Below are positions 1 through 11,486 of a DNA stretch of 64,000 nt, one piece after another (position 1 is the first letter of the stretch; the number at the start of each line of letters is the position of its first letter). The DNA is from Nemertoderma westbladi (Eukaryota > Animalia > Xenacoelomorpha), in the NCBI GenBank assembly GCA_032718475.1, contig JAUCBJ010009058.1, positions 63,847-127,846 on the forward strand, given 5' to 3'. The translations under genes and the position numbers were made by a program. The notes under the pieces were generated by a model. The model searched no databases. It worked only from the letters and a program-made list of their open reading frames with translations, and had not been told where the DNA came from.

Positions 1-1228
1 TCTAGTTAGCTGCCCTCTGTGTACTGTATTTATTTTTTATTATTGTTATCTAGTTAGCTGCCCTCTGTGTACTGTATTTATTTTTTATTATTGTTATCTA
101 GTTAGCTGCCCTCTGTGTACTGTATTTATTTATTATTATTGTTATCTAGTTAGCTGCCCTCTGTGTACTGTATTTATTTATTATTATTGTTATCTAGTTA
201 GCTGCCCTCTGTGTACTGTATTTATTTATTATTATTGTTATCTAGTTAGCTGTCCTCTGTGTACTGTATTTATTTTTTATTATTGTTATCTAGTTAGCTG
301 CCCTCTGTGTACTGTATTTATTTTTTATTATTGTTATCTAGTTAGCTGCCCTCTGTGTACTGTATTTATTTTTTATTATTGTTATCTAGTTAGCTGCCCT
401 CCGTGTACTGTATTTATTTATTATTATTGTTATCTAGTTAGCTATGCCCTCTGTGTACTGTATTTATTTATTATTGTTATCTAGTTAGCTGCCCTCTGTG
501 TACTGTATTTATTTTTTATTATTGTTATCTAGTTAGCTGCCCTCTGTGTACTGTATTTATTTTTTATTATTGTTATCTAGTTAGCTGCCCTCTGTGTACT
601 GTATTTATTTATTATTATTGTTATCTAGTTAGCTGCCCTCTGTGTACTGTATTTATTTATTATTATTGTTATCTAGTTAGCTGCCCTCTGTGTACTGTAT
701 TTATTTTTTATTATTGTTATCTAGTTAGCTGCCCTCTGTGTACTGTATTTATTTTTTATTATTGTTATCTAGTTAGCTGCCCTCTGTGTACTGTATTTAT
801 TTTTTATTATTGTTATCTAGTTAGCTGCCCTCTGTGTACTGTATTTATTTTTTATTATTGTTATCTAGTTAGCTGCCCTCTGTGTACTGTATTTATTTTT
901 TATTATTCTTATCTAGTTAGCTGCCCTCTGTGTACTGTATTTATTTTTTATTATTGTTATCTAGTTAGCTGCCCTCTGTGTACTGTATTTATTTTTTATT
1001 ATTGTTATCTAGTTAGCTGCCCTCTGTGTACTGTATTTATTTTTTATTATTGTTATCTAGTTAGCTGCCCTCTGTGTACTGTATTTATTTTTTATTATTG
1101 TTATCTAGTTAGCTGCCCTCTGTGCACTGTATTTATTTATTATTATTGTTATCTAGTTAGCTGCCCTCTGTGTACTGTATTTATTTATTATTATTGTTAT
1201 CTAGTTAGCTGCCCTCTGTGTACTGTAT
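1..1228. repeat. 48-bp AT-rich minisatellite (TCTAGTTAGCTGCCCTCTGTGTACTGTATTTATTTTTTATTATTGTTA)n, about 25 copies, running off the window start
   Basis: Near-perfect tandem copies seen directly; lies in the ABCG intron downstream of exon 1310-1439. Confidence 0.95.
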
Positions 1229-1309
1229 TTATTTTTTTGATGAAGCTCTTGGGAATGCGAGTAGAATTCTATTGTTATAAACTAATCTTAGACTACCAAC
1301 TAAACTTAC

Positions 1310-1439
1310 TAATAAAGTCGGCGGGATTGTAATTGGGTTTACAAGGAACACCAACATCTTTAAAGAAGTCAATAATTTCTGCACCGGGACCATAGTAAGC
1401 CACTTGTCCATTGCTAAGCAACAACAGTTTATCGAACAT
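1310..1439 (-). CDS. ABCG: ABCG transporter exon (6th in window): MFDKLLLLSNGQVAYYGPGAEIIDFFKDVGVPCKPNYNPADFI
   Basis: tttcag| acceptor and |gtaagt donor; 130 bp, phase 0 to 1. Contains the FDKLLLL..G...YYG and NPADF motifs that follow the NBD in ABCG proteins. Confidence 0.93.
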
Positions 1440-1818
1440 CTGAAAGTGAGACACATATCCCGCCTCAATGTTAAATTCTCAATTTAGGGAAAGGAGCAGG
1501 TTACAGTAGCACGATATTTTAACCAAAACAATAAACTAAACACAATAGAACAGGTTACAGTCTTATTATTGAGAGTAATCATCTGTTATTTGCGTCCAAT
1601 TTCCCCTGGAGAGGGATGAATTTTTATTGCGTCCAGTTTCACCCCCCTATCTGCTGAAAGTTGATAGGAGTATATTTAGTGTTTGGGTTAGAAAACATCT
1701 TCAGCAGAGCAACAAGGGCTGTCCACAAAACTTTAAAATACTGGATCTGAATATGCAAGGGAATGGACTCCATGAGCTCCCGTTACCATTGTTAATTAAT
1801 TAGTAGGTCATGACCAAC

Positions 1819-1944
1819 CTCGAATATTTGACTTGAAGGCTGATGGATACTGGCAATAACAGTTTTTCCCGATTCGCGTGTGAACCGCTTGAGGGTGGTC
1901 ATAAGTTGTAGGGCAGTGGATGAGTCTAAACCAGTAGTTGGTTC
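1819..1944 (-). CDS. ABCG: ABCG transporter exon (5th): EPTTGLDSSTALQLMTTLKRFTRESGKTVIASIHQPSSQIFE
   Basis: cctcag| acceptor and |gttggt donor; 126 bp, phase 0 to 0. D-loop EPTTGLD and H-loop IHQP. Confidence 0.95.
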
Positions 1945-2078
1945 CTGAGGAAACAAAAATCAAATTTTAATATTTACACTTATTACATATATAATTCTAA
2001 TTTATTACATTAGACTTCAATAAAAGAAAGAAATTACATATCTAATCTTAATATTAATGTTGACCTCAACAAACTCAC

Positions 2079-2179
2079 ATCGAGAAGCAGCAAGGAAGGG
2101 TCGGTTAATAACTCGCTGGCTATATTAGTTCTTTTCTTTTCGCCTCCGGAAAGTCCTTTAACCATGAAATCACCGATAA
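2079..2179 (-). CDS. ABCG: ABCG transporter exon (4th): (I)[33 protein letters not shown]
   Basis: ctgcag| acceptor and |gtgagt donor; 101 bp, phase 1 to 0. ABC signature LSGGEKKR and Walker B LLLLD(E). Confidence 0.95.
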
Positions 2180-2232
2180 CTGCAGAAAATGATATAAAGT
2201 GTCAACCGTATCAAAAATCATAATAAATTAAT

Positions 2233-4892
2233 CTTACTTGTCTTTCTTTAGAAGCCCAGATTGATCCAAGCTATTGATGATACAGTTAACAACTTACTTG
2301 TGTTTCTACAGAGACCCAGATCCAAGCTATATCGATGATACAGTTAACAACTTACTTGTGTTTCTACAGAGTCCCAGATCCAAGCTATCGATGATACAGT
2401 TAACAACTTACTTGTGTTTCTACAGAGGCCCAGATCCAAGCTATCGATGATACAGTTAACAACTTACTTGTGTTTCTACAGAGGCCCAGATCCAAGCTAT
2501 CGATGATACAGTTAACAACTTACTTGTGTTTCTACAGAGTCCCAGATCCAAGCTATCGATGATACAGTTAACAACTTACTTGTGTTTCTACAGAGACCCA
2601 GATCCAAGCTTTCGATGATACCGTTAACAACTTACTTGTGTTTCTACAGAGACCCAGACCCAAGCTATCGATGATACAGTTAACAACTTACTTGTGTTTC
2701 TACAGAGGCCCAGATCCAAGCTATCGATGATACAGTTAACAACTTACTTGTGTTTCTACAGAGGCCCAGATCCAAGCTATCGATGATACAGTTAACAACT
2801 TACTTGTGTTTACAGAGGCCCAGATCCAAGCTATCGATGATACAGTTAACAACTTACTTGTGTTTCTACAGAGACCCAGATCCAAGCTATCGATGATACA
2901 GTTAACAACTTACTTGTGTTTCTACAGAGGGCCAGACCCAAGCTATATCGATGATACAGTTAACACCTTACTTGTGTTTCTACAGAGACCCAGATCCAAG
3001 CTATCGATGATACAGTTAACAACTTACTTGTGTTTCTACAGAGACCCAGATCCAAGCTATCGATGATACAGTTAACAACTTACTTGTGTTTCTACAGAGA
3101 CCCAGATCCAAGCTATCGATGATACAGTTAACAACTTACTTGTGTTTACAGAGGCCCAGATCCAAGCTATCGATGATACAGTTAACAACTTACTTGTGTT
3201 TCTACAGAGACCCAGATCCAAGCTATCGATGATACAGTTAACAACTTACTTGTGTTTCTACAGAGACCCAGATCCAAGCTATTGATGATACAGTTAACAA
3301 CTTACTTGTGTTTCTACAGAGACCCAGATCCAAGCTATCGATGATACAGTTAACAACTTACTTGTGTTTCTACAGAGATCCAGATCCAAGTTATCGATGA
3401 TACAGTTAACAACTTACTTGTGTTTCTACAGAGACCCAGATCCAAGCTATCGATGATACAGTTAACAACTTACTTGTGTTTCTACAGAGACCCAGATCAA
3501 AGCTATCGATGATACAGTTAACAACTTACTTGTGTTTCTACAGAGACCCAGACCCAAGCTATCGATGATACAGTTTACAACTTACTTGTTTGTTTCTACA
3601 GAGACCCAGATCCAAGCTATCGATGATACAGTTAACAACTTACTTGTGTTTCTACAGAGACCCAGATCCAAGCTATCGATGATACAGTTAACAACTTACT
3701 TGTGTTTCTACAGAGACCCAGATCCAAGCTATCGATGATACAGTTAACAACTTACTTGTCTTTCTACAGAGACCCAAATCCAAGCTATCGATGATACAGT
3801 TAACAACTTACTTGTGTTTCTACAGAGACCCAGATCCAAGCTTTCGATGATACAGTTAACAACTTACTTGTGTTTCTACAGAGACCCAGATCCAAGCTAT
3901 CGATGATACCGTTAACAACTTACTTGTGTTTCTACAGAGACCCAGATCCAAGCTTTCGATGATACAGTTAACAACTTACTTGTGTTTCTACAGAGGCCCA
4001 GATCCAAGCTATCGATGATACAGTTAACAACTTACTTGTGTTTCTACAGAGGCCCAGATCCAAGCTATCGATGATACAGTTAACAACTTACTTGTGTTTC
4101 TACAGAGACCCAGATCCAAGCTATCGATGATACAGTTAACAACTTACTTGTGTTTCTACAGAGACCCAGATCCAAGCTATCGATGATACAGTTAACAACT
4201 TACTTGTGTTTCTACAGAGACCCAGATCCAAGCTATCGATGATACAGTTAACAACTTACTTGTGTTTCTACAGAGACCCAGATCCAAGCTATCGATGATA
4301 CCGTTAACAACTTACTTGTGTTTCTACAGAGACCCAGATCCAAGCTATCGATGATACAGTTACCAACTTACTTGTGTTTCTACAGAGACCCAGATCCAAG
4401 CTATCGATGATACCGTTAACAACTTACTTGTGTTTCTACAGAGACCCAGATCCAAGCTATCGATGATACAGTTAACAACTTACTTTCTACAGAGGCCCAG
4501 ATCCAAGCTATCGATGATACAGTTAACAACTTACTTGTCTTTCTACAGAGACCCAAATCCAAGCTATCGATGATACAGTTAACAACTTACTTGTGTTTCT
4601 ACAGAGACCCAGATCCAAGCTTTCGATGATACAGTTAACAACTTACTTGTGTTTCTACAGAGGCCCAGATCCAAGCTATCGATGATACAGTTAACAACTT
4701 ACTTGTGTTTCTACAGAGGCCCAGATCCAAGCTATCGATGATACAGTTAACAACTTACTTGTGTTTCTACAGAGACCCAGATCCAAGCTATCGATGATAC
4801 AGTTAACAACTTACTTGTGTTTCTACAGAGACCCAGATCCAAGCTATCGATGATACAGTTAACAACTTACTTGTGTTTCTACAGAGACCCAG
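2233..4892. repeat. 56-bp satellite, left block (about 47 copies); monomer = ABCG exon end plus 5' splice site
   Basis: Unit GATACAGTTAACAACTTACTTGTGTTTCTACAGAGACCCAGATCCAAGCTATCGAT. The outermost copy near 2233-2280 is degenerate. Confidence 0.97.
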
Positions 4893-5378
4893 AGTAGTAG
4901 AAGAAGAGGGCCCCCCCGCATACTCCTCCCTAGCCTGGGCTACGGGCTGCATCTCGGAGGGCTATTAAATACGTGCTAAATCGCGATGTTTAATGACCAT
5001 CTGTCACCATCAATATTGATTCGTATCGATGCCTTCAACCAATCGTTGCCTATCGCCTACGCATAGCCTAACCTCACGATGCCTACCTTACTCGATAGCT
5101 GTTACCAACCATGAGTATTGATTCGTGTTGTTGCATCAACCAACCATCGCATATTCATCTTCGCGTAACCTAACTTCACGATGCATGGCTAGCCCCCACT
5201 ACGCTATTATATTATATATCGATTGCCAACTCACCACCGATAGCCACGCACGGCTACTCCTCGACGGCTGTCGCCAAACCAATCAATCCAACCAACCAAG
5301 CAGCCTACCAGTCCAACGCTATGATACGTGAAATTCCGCCACGTTCCAGCTACACGTATACGAATATTTCCATAGTTA
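4893..5378 (+). repeat. Polinton left terminal inverted repeat (486 bp)
   Basis: Reverse complement of 22628-23113, about 8 mismatches counted by eye. Contains internal sub-repeats; part of it is duplicated again at about 5460-5565. Confidence 0.96.
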
Positions 5379-5801
5379 TTTCCTATCCAGGCAACCAACC
5401 AACCACCACCACTGTATACTGTATATGGTAACGACGTGGCCATCTACACGCATCATGCATATATTATATTATATTGATTGCCAACTCCACGACCGCTGTC
5501 GCCAAATCAACAAACCAACCAGTATGATACATGAGATTCCGTCACGTTCCAGCTACGCGTATACGAGCATTAGTGATTATTATTACGCAATAATTTTTTT
5601 GTTTATACAGTAGTTCCCTACCAGCTAATCAACCAATCAATAAACCGAATTTAGGCTATTTCTCAGTTTAAGACCTGTATTATTTTTGAAAATATCTTAT
5701 ATATATAATCTCTTGCTTTAATCACAATTAATCATTTGTAATGGTTTTAGTTTAAAAGTTTTTACTTTGTTTGTTTGATTTACAATAAAATAAATTAAAT
5801 A

Positions 5802-6245
5802 ATGTCTTCTGATTCCGATATGGTTATGCCAATGGTAAGGCATTCATTTTTTGCAGAAGATGGTCAAGCCTATATTGTTATTGATTATACAATTTACCGT
5901 CAGGGAGATGATAAATATAAAATTGAGTTTTCTGAAAAAGCCAGGAAAGTTTTAAGCTCAATTGATATTGATGCTTCTGATAATAGTGTTCATCTCTTAG
6001 ATTACAACCTGAAAGTTGAGCATGTGGGAAAATTAAGCAACATTTTACTATTATCCATGATAGAGGGGTTTATTGTTATTACACAATACAACGAAGCTGG
6101 TGAAAAGTTTGAAATACGGCTAAATCGACATAGCCCCTACGAAATTATGTCTTTCTTTATTGTAATGATTTCAAAAGAATCCTTTATCGAAACTGAAGAA
6201 TCAAAGGATAATGTTGAATATGTTGATAATATCATTGATTCTTGA
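5802..6245 (+). CDS. Polinton accessory protein, unknown function (147 aa, acidic)
   Basis: Clean ATG ORF in AT-rich context with a TATATA tract about 100 bp upstream; no motif recognised. Confidence 0.6.
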   Translation: MSSDSDMVMPMVRHSFFAEDGQAYIVIDYTIYRQGDDKYKIEFSEKARKVLSSIDIDASDNSVHLLDYNLKVEHVGKLSNILLLSMIEGFIVITQYNEAGEKFEIRLNRHSPYEIMSFFIVMISKESFIETEESKDNVEYVDNIIDS

Positions 6246-6412
6246 CTTTTCCCTCTATATTATAAATATTTTATGATTATATATAAAATTTTGATGTTTT
6301 AAATAATCGAAAATTGTAGCAGTATTTGTATATACAGTATAATAGTTTTGTTTGTTGTTGTTGTTGTTGTGTATTGCGGTAATTATTTTCAATTTACTTT
6401 AAAATTTGGAAA

Positions 6413-6865
6413 ATGGATATTTTAAATGAAAAATGTCCAGTTTGCTATTCTAAGTTATTGCAACAACATCGAGATTATTATAAATGTGAAAATAAACATG
6501 CAACTTGCGTACAATGTATTGTACAATATTCCGAAATGAATAATTATTGTTCTAAAATTTGTCCTATTTGTCGCGCACCCATATCTAAGTTTAATATAAA
6601 GTTGGCAAGTTATCAACCCTATTATTGGAAAGAGCTTCGCAATATAACTTATATTTCTGCGGAAAGTAATGATCCGGGAGATTTATTTACAATATTGGAG
6701 AATATTTTTTATAGAAATGTAGTACGACGCTGTTGCTACTATATTCCTTATTTTTTTAGCAGCGAACATAAAAAAATTATTAGCGCGAAATTTTCGGGAA
6801 GTGATTTCCAAACCGCCGATGTTACCTATCATTATTTCGCGTATAAAGATGCTCACCATGCTTGA
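6413..6865 (+). CDS. C3HC4 RING-finger protein (putative E3 ubiquitin ligase)
   Basis: C-x2-C-x13-C-x3-H-x2-C-x2-C-x14-C-x2-C at the N-terminus, ending CPICR. Confidence 0.8.
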   Translation: MDILNEKCPVCYSKLLQQHRDYYKCENKHATCVQCIVQYSEMNNYCSKICPICRAPISKFNIKLASYQPYYWKELRNITYISAESNDPGDLFTILENIFYRNVVRRCCYYIPYFFSSEHKKIISAKFSGSDFQTADVTYHYFAYKDAHHA

Positions 6866-7081
6866 AATTACATCAGTCTATACTATAATTGGAAATAGCA
6901 CCTTTTGTTGCAGCGAGCGTCACATACTGTAGCGGCGTCGTATGTTAATTAAATATACAGTACTCTAATATTGTAGTTGCATCAATTATTGTTATATACA
7001 TAGTAATGGTGTTGGTTTATTGATATTGATATTGATATTATATTATATTGTATTGTTGATATATCTTAATAATAATAATAA

Positions 7082-7765
7082 ATGGCTGACTTTAATTCAG
7101 GTCCATATAATTTAAACTTTCAAATGGGAACGAGTATGATAATTTCTGGGCCATCTGGTTCTGGAAAGTCAACCTTTGTAAGCAATTTAATTAAACACAA
7201 GAATGGTTGTTTCAACGAAGCCCCCTTGCGAGTATTGTATTGTTACGGGAGCAATCCCCCGACTATTCCCGGTATTACTCACCTTTACAAAGGTTTGCCC
7301 AAAAATATAGATAGTTTAGTGAATAGTCGAGATTTATTAATTATAGATGATTTGTTAACAGAAACTGAGTCCAGTACAGCATTAACTGTATTGTTTACTA
7401 AGGTAGCTCATCATTCCAATATATTTATTTGTTTTATAATGCAAAACATGTTTTACGGTGGGAAGCATAACCGCACAAGATCAATTAATAGCCATACTTT
7501 AGTATTAATGAAAAATCCGAGAGACAGTTTATCGGTTTTAAATTTCGCGAAGCAGATGTTACCAGGGCAGACCAAATTTTTAGTTGATTCCTATCAAGAT
7601 GCGACAATTCAACCATTTTCACATTTCTTAATTGATTTACGACAGGAAACACCCGAACATTTAAGATTTAGATCTGATATATTTTGTAATCATAATTGTT
7701 ACATTAAAAATTACACTGACTATAAACGTAGCAAAAATAATAATAATAATAATAATGATAAATAA
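7082..7765 (+). CDS. ATP: Polinton DNA-packaging ATPase (A32/FtsK-HerA family)
   Basis: Walker A GPSGSGKS, Walker B LLIIDD, then HHSNI..FIMQN, RSINSH and HLRFRS motifs typical of Polinton ATPases. Confidence 0.93.
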   Translation: MADFNSGPYNLNFQMGTSMIISGPSGSGKSTFVSNLIKHKNGCFNEAPLRVLYCYGSNPPTIPGITHLYKGLPKNIDSLVNSRDLLIIDDLLTETESSTALTVLFTKVAHHSNIFICFIMQNMFYGGKHNRTRSINSHTLVLMKNPRDSLSVLNFAKQMLPGQTKFLVDSYQDATIQPFSHFLIDLRQETPEHLRFRSDIFCNHNCYIKNYTDYKRSKNNNNNNNDK

Positions 7766-7802
7766 TTAATATTTTGTAACAATTTTCAATAATGTTGCAA
7801 CA

Positions 7803-8186
7803 ATGAATAGACTTGTGCAGAAATATCGTAACGAACTGGAATTTCTACGCAGCGCTACCCCTCAACAAAGAACTTATTTTATTAACCATACCGCGAGTAA
7901 CGAATTAATACGGCTCATTGTAAATACTGCATTAAATGTTCTAAAAGGTAATGTACAATTAACCCCTCATTCATTTAGAAATATTCGCCGCTATAAGAAG
8001 GTATTGAAATCACTCAACCGTAAAACAAAAAATATATCAAGTTACAGAAAAAAGTTAAGCAATCAATCTGGAGGTATACTACCGTTTCTAATACCCTTAC
8101 TCGGCATTGGTGCGAAACTCGCCGCGAGTGCCGGAGCCGCCGCCGCTGGAGCAGCTATTGCTAAAAAAATTAACCGTGGACGGTAA
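7803..8186 (+). CDS. Small basic virion-associated protein with an adenain-type cleavage site before a hydrophobic tail
   Basis: K/R-rich body, ALNVLKGNVQLT segment, then QSGG^ILPFLIPLLGIGAKLAA. Lies between the ATPase and integrase. Confidence 0.7.
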   Translation: MNRLVQKYRNELEFLRSATPQQRTYFINHTASNELIRLIVNTALNVLKGNVQLTPHSFRNIRRYKKVLKSLNRKTKNISSYRKKLSNQSGGILPFLIPLLGIGAKLAASAGAAAAGAAIAKKINRGR

Positions 8187-8188
8187 TA

Positions 8189-8359
8189 ATGGTTAAAACA
8201 GGAGTAACATTTAGAAAATTATATTTAGTATCGAGTAAACTGTTAGCTACTGATTTAAAACCTCAAGATATACCTAGAGTAAATACTACAAAAAGAAAAC
8301 CCTTTAAAACATCAACTTCAAAGAAAATAATTAAAAAATTTCAGTTGTTCTTACGGTGA
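8189..8359 (+). CDS. Small basic ORF, 56 aa (MVKTGVTFRKLYLVSSK...FQLFLR), below the ORF-track cutoff
   Basis: ATG 2 nt after the previous stop; fills the gap before the integrase. Confidence 0.4.
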   Translation: MVKTGVTFRKLYLVSSKLLATDLKPQDIPRVNTTKRKPFKTSTSKKIIKKFQLFLR

Positions 8360-8410
8360 TGCCCTTTATAAGAGATTTGAATATACATATTACTTGCGGT
8401 TGTCGAAAAG

Positions 8411-9499
8411 ATGCCTCGCAAGATGAAACCGATTTTAAGCCGAAGCTTAGACAAAAAACTGTTAAGAATTTATTTAGATCCTTCATCCCCTGTGGGATTT
8501 GCAAGTGTTGCAAAATTAGCAAAAGCTGCAAACATCAAATCAGCACAAGCCCAGAAATGGATGAGCGGGCAAAAGACATACACCCTTCACGCTCCACGTA
8601 GACACCATTATCCAACATCTAAAATATTTACGGGAGGCATAAAAGATATATATATGATAGATCTGGTGGATATGCAGCAATATAAGTCGCAAAATAATAA
8701 TTATAACTATATATTAACATGTATTGATGCCTTTAGCAGGCTTGCTTTTGGCTATGATATGAAAACAAAAAAGGGTGTTGAAATTATTAGTATATTGCAA
8801 AAAATATTCCAGAAAGGAAAACCAAACAGAATCGCCACGGATCAAGGTTCTGAGTTTCTAAATAAATCTGTAAGGAAATATTTAGATACGTTAGGTATAC
8901 AGTATTACGTAATGTACTCTGTGAATAAGGTGGCTATTGTCGAGAGATTCAATAGAACATTAAAAACAAAGATGTTCAAAATTTTTACACAACGAGGAAA
9001 TAATGTTTGCATTAAAATTTTACCTAAGCTTATCTCGGCTTATAATAGGTCATATCATAGGACAATAAAAATGACGCCTATTGAAGTTAATAAATTTAAT
9101 GAAACTGAATTAATGAATAGATTATATGGGAAATATAGACAGATTAATCATAAGAAAATAAAATTTAAAGTTGGAGATACAGTACGATTATCTATCGCTC
9201 GTACTGCTTTTGCTAAAGGCTATCGAGAACAATGGACACGTGAATTATTTATTATTCATCGTGTCAGGTTGGATAGAGTACCCGCTGTAATGTTCGATAT
9301 TAAGGACAGCGCTGGAGCTATAATAAAGGGCTCATTTTATTCTCACGAACTCCAAAAGGTCCACCCGAATAGTAATATTTATCTAGCAATTGATAAAAAT
9401 ATTGGCAAACTTAAAGAACGTGTACGCAATGGGAAGAAAGAATATTTAGTCCGATTCATCGGATCCAAGAAACAGTCGTGGGTACAGCATATTCAATAA
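8411..9499 (+). CDS. INT: Retroviral-like (rve) DDE integrase with a C-terminal chromodomain-like segment
   Basis: Catalytic triad in MIDLVDM / ATDQGSEF / IVERFNRTLK; also YNRSYHRTIKMTP, FAKGY..QWTRE and KEYLVRFIG..SWV. Frame is intact. Confidence 0.96.
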   Translation: MPRKMKPILSRSLDKKLLRIYLDPSSPVGFASVAKLAKAANIKSAQAQKWMSGQKTYTLHAPRRHHYPTSKIFTGGIKDIYMIDLVDMQQYKSQNNNYNYILTCIDAFSRLAFGYDMKTKKGVEIISILQKIFQKGKPNRIATDQGSEFLNKSVRKYLDTLGIQYYVMYSVNKVAIVERFNRTLKTKMFKIFTQRGNNVCIKILPKLISAYNRSYHRTIKMTPIEVNKFNETELMNRLYGKYRQINHKKIKFKVGDTVRLSIARTAFAKGYREQWTRELFIIHRVRLDRVPAVMFDIKDSAGAIIKGSFYSHELQKVHPNSNIYLAIDKNIGKLKERVRNGKKEYLVRFIGSKKQSWVQHIQ

Positions 9500-9775
9500 G
9501 CTTAGGTTTATACTGTATATTAATTCATTTTGGTCGCATATGACCGTAATTAATCAATATTAACTCGAATGATATTACTATATCTATAGTTCATCCGTTT
9601 TAAATAAAGCCAATAAAGCCAGTAAAATATTGATCCCGCGCATATACTGTAGAAGATGCGACAATGAACGACAATGAACGTGGTCACAGATGTCTATAAT
9701 TTAACATTATACTGTACTGTACTGTATGTACAATGGAGTCAAGTAGAGAGAGAGCGAGCTTAAATAATAATAATA

Positions 9776-10648
9776 ATGGCCACAGATACATATATCACTC
9801 TACTTTCAGATAGCTCATTAAACACTTACCCCAATAATAATCCTAGCGAGTTTACTGTTGATTTAGCCGAAGAATTATATATTGGTCCAAACGCTAAAAT
9901 TGGGCTTGCCGAGCTTCAATATCAAGCAACATACAGTAATATTACGCTGCAAACTCAAATCTCGCTGTCAATCGGGGTAGATGCAAAAGATGCCAAATTA
10001 TATAGTTTATTTCCCGGTATGCATAACTCTATTTAAGTCATTATTGATGATATAAATAAACTGTTTAATTCTGAAGCGAAATATAGAGATTTCGAATTCA
10101 TTTTTAATACAAATAATTCTAGAATTAAATTTAAATTTCCTAAAAAGTTGAAAAAAATACAATTAAGTCTACGTGGTGATTTAATACAAATTCTAGGCTT
10201 AAAACCGTTATTGGATCGGAATCATCCGGATATTCCGAATTGGGATATATACAGTACCACTACAGTAGATGAATTAAGCAATATAGAACAGCCAATATTA
10301 ATTTTAAATTATAGCGGGCCAAAAATTTCGGAAATTGGCATTTTAGATTTTCCAGCTCCCACGAATATAACACGTAATAAAGACACTATCTTTATATACA
10401 CAGATATTATTAAGAGCTCATTTGTTGGCGACCCTTTAGCACCGCTCTTAAGAACCTGCCCTTTAACGCAATTAAATCGAAAATATATTAATCACGAATA
10501 CGAGAGCATTTGCTATTACCCGTTGTTGAATAAAAAACTAAAAACAATCTTAATTACTTTACGTGACGGACAAGGCGAATTAATTAACTTCAGCGGAGGT
10601 CGCACTGTTATAACACTTAAGTTAATACGGGGTGGCAGTGATGGATGA
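9776..10648 (+). pseudogene. mCP: Minor capsid (penton) gene 1, interrupted by one in-frame TAA at 10034-10036
   Basis: N-terminus YITLLSDSS..YPNNNPSEF...IGLAELQY; C-terminus FIYTDII...VGD..APLLR...YYPL...ITLRDGQG.INF.GG...ITLKL. The two ORF pieces share a frame and the linker is open. Confidence 0.88.
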
Positions 10649-11485
10649 ATTCTACGTAAGACTACCAAGTAATTCCTGTCCAATTGATTTTCCCCGCAAT
10701 AGTGCTAGTAATTATCAGATAAATTTCCATGGCGCCTTACCTATAAACCCAAACGAAAACTGGGTGGTAGGTATAAAAAGTATATTTTACTTAGCTACGT
10801 TGCCGTCCATGTATAACAATGTAGAGAATGTTTTTATTAAAAAAAGGAAAAAAAAATTTTGAGGATACACTTCCATCCGGTTTGTTCTACAGTATCAATG
10901 ACATTATAGATTATTTTAACACGGGGGCGTTGAAAGATAAATTACAAATAGTTGAAAATACTCAGCAAAATAGGTTGCAATTTATTTTAGGGAAAACTGT
11001 GCGCGAGTTATTTATAGGTCAACAATTAGCCTATTATTTTGGAATTACTGAAAATAATCTCGGCGCGAATTTAAATCCAAATTTTAAAATTATTTTGAAG
11101 ACGAAAAATAATATAAAGGGTTATTTAATAAAGGTTATCGGAAATGGAGAAAAAGCTTACCAGATGGTATTTTTATGCCCTCAACCACCCAATTCTATTC
11201 CAGAACCTAAGTCGAACATGTACGTGACTACTAATATAATTGAAAATCAATATATTAACGATTTTGGTTTAGCTTTACTTCGTCGTGTTGCGATACCTGA
11301 TGATGTGAAATATGGTAGCGTAATAAATAAAGAATTTGTCAAGGATACAATTCATTATATCCCTGTAAAAAAAATCATATAAGATAACATACATTCATAT
11401 TGAAATAACAGACAAAGAAGGAAAAGATTTGAATTTTGAATACGGGACAACATCTATTACATTACACTTTAAACGTATAAATTAA
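10641..11485 (+). pseudogene. mCP: Minor capsid (penton) gene 2, with two frameshifts in poly-A runs (about 10850 and about 11370)
   Basis: N-terminus FYVRLPSNS...FPRNSASNY...WVVGI; middle MYVTTNIIE...LLRRV...HYIPV. The shifted frame ends IHIEITDKEGKDLNFEYGTTSITLHFKRIN*, the penton C-terminal pattern. Confidence 0.82.
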
Positions 11486-11486
11486 A

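Noticed and set aside
1229-1468. 79-aa minus-strand ORF in the track
   Set aside because: An alternative frame over the real ABCG exon 1310-1439.
5125-5613. Short ORFs within and next to the TIRs (also 22675-22881)
   Set aside because: They mirror each other because of the TIR, have no motifs and mostly lack good starts.
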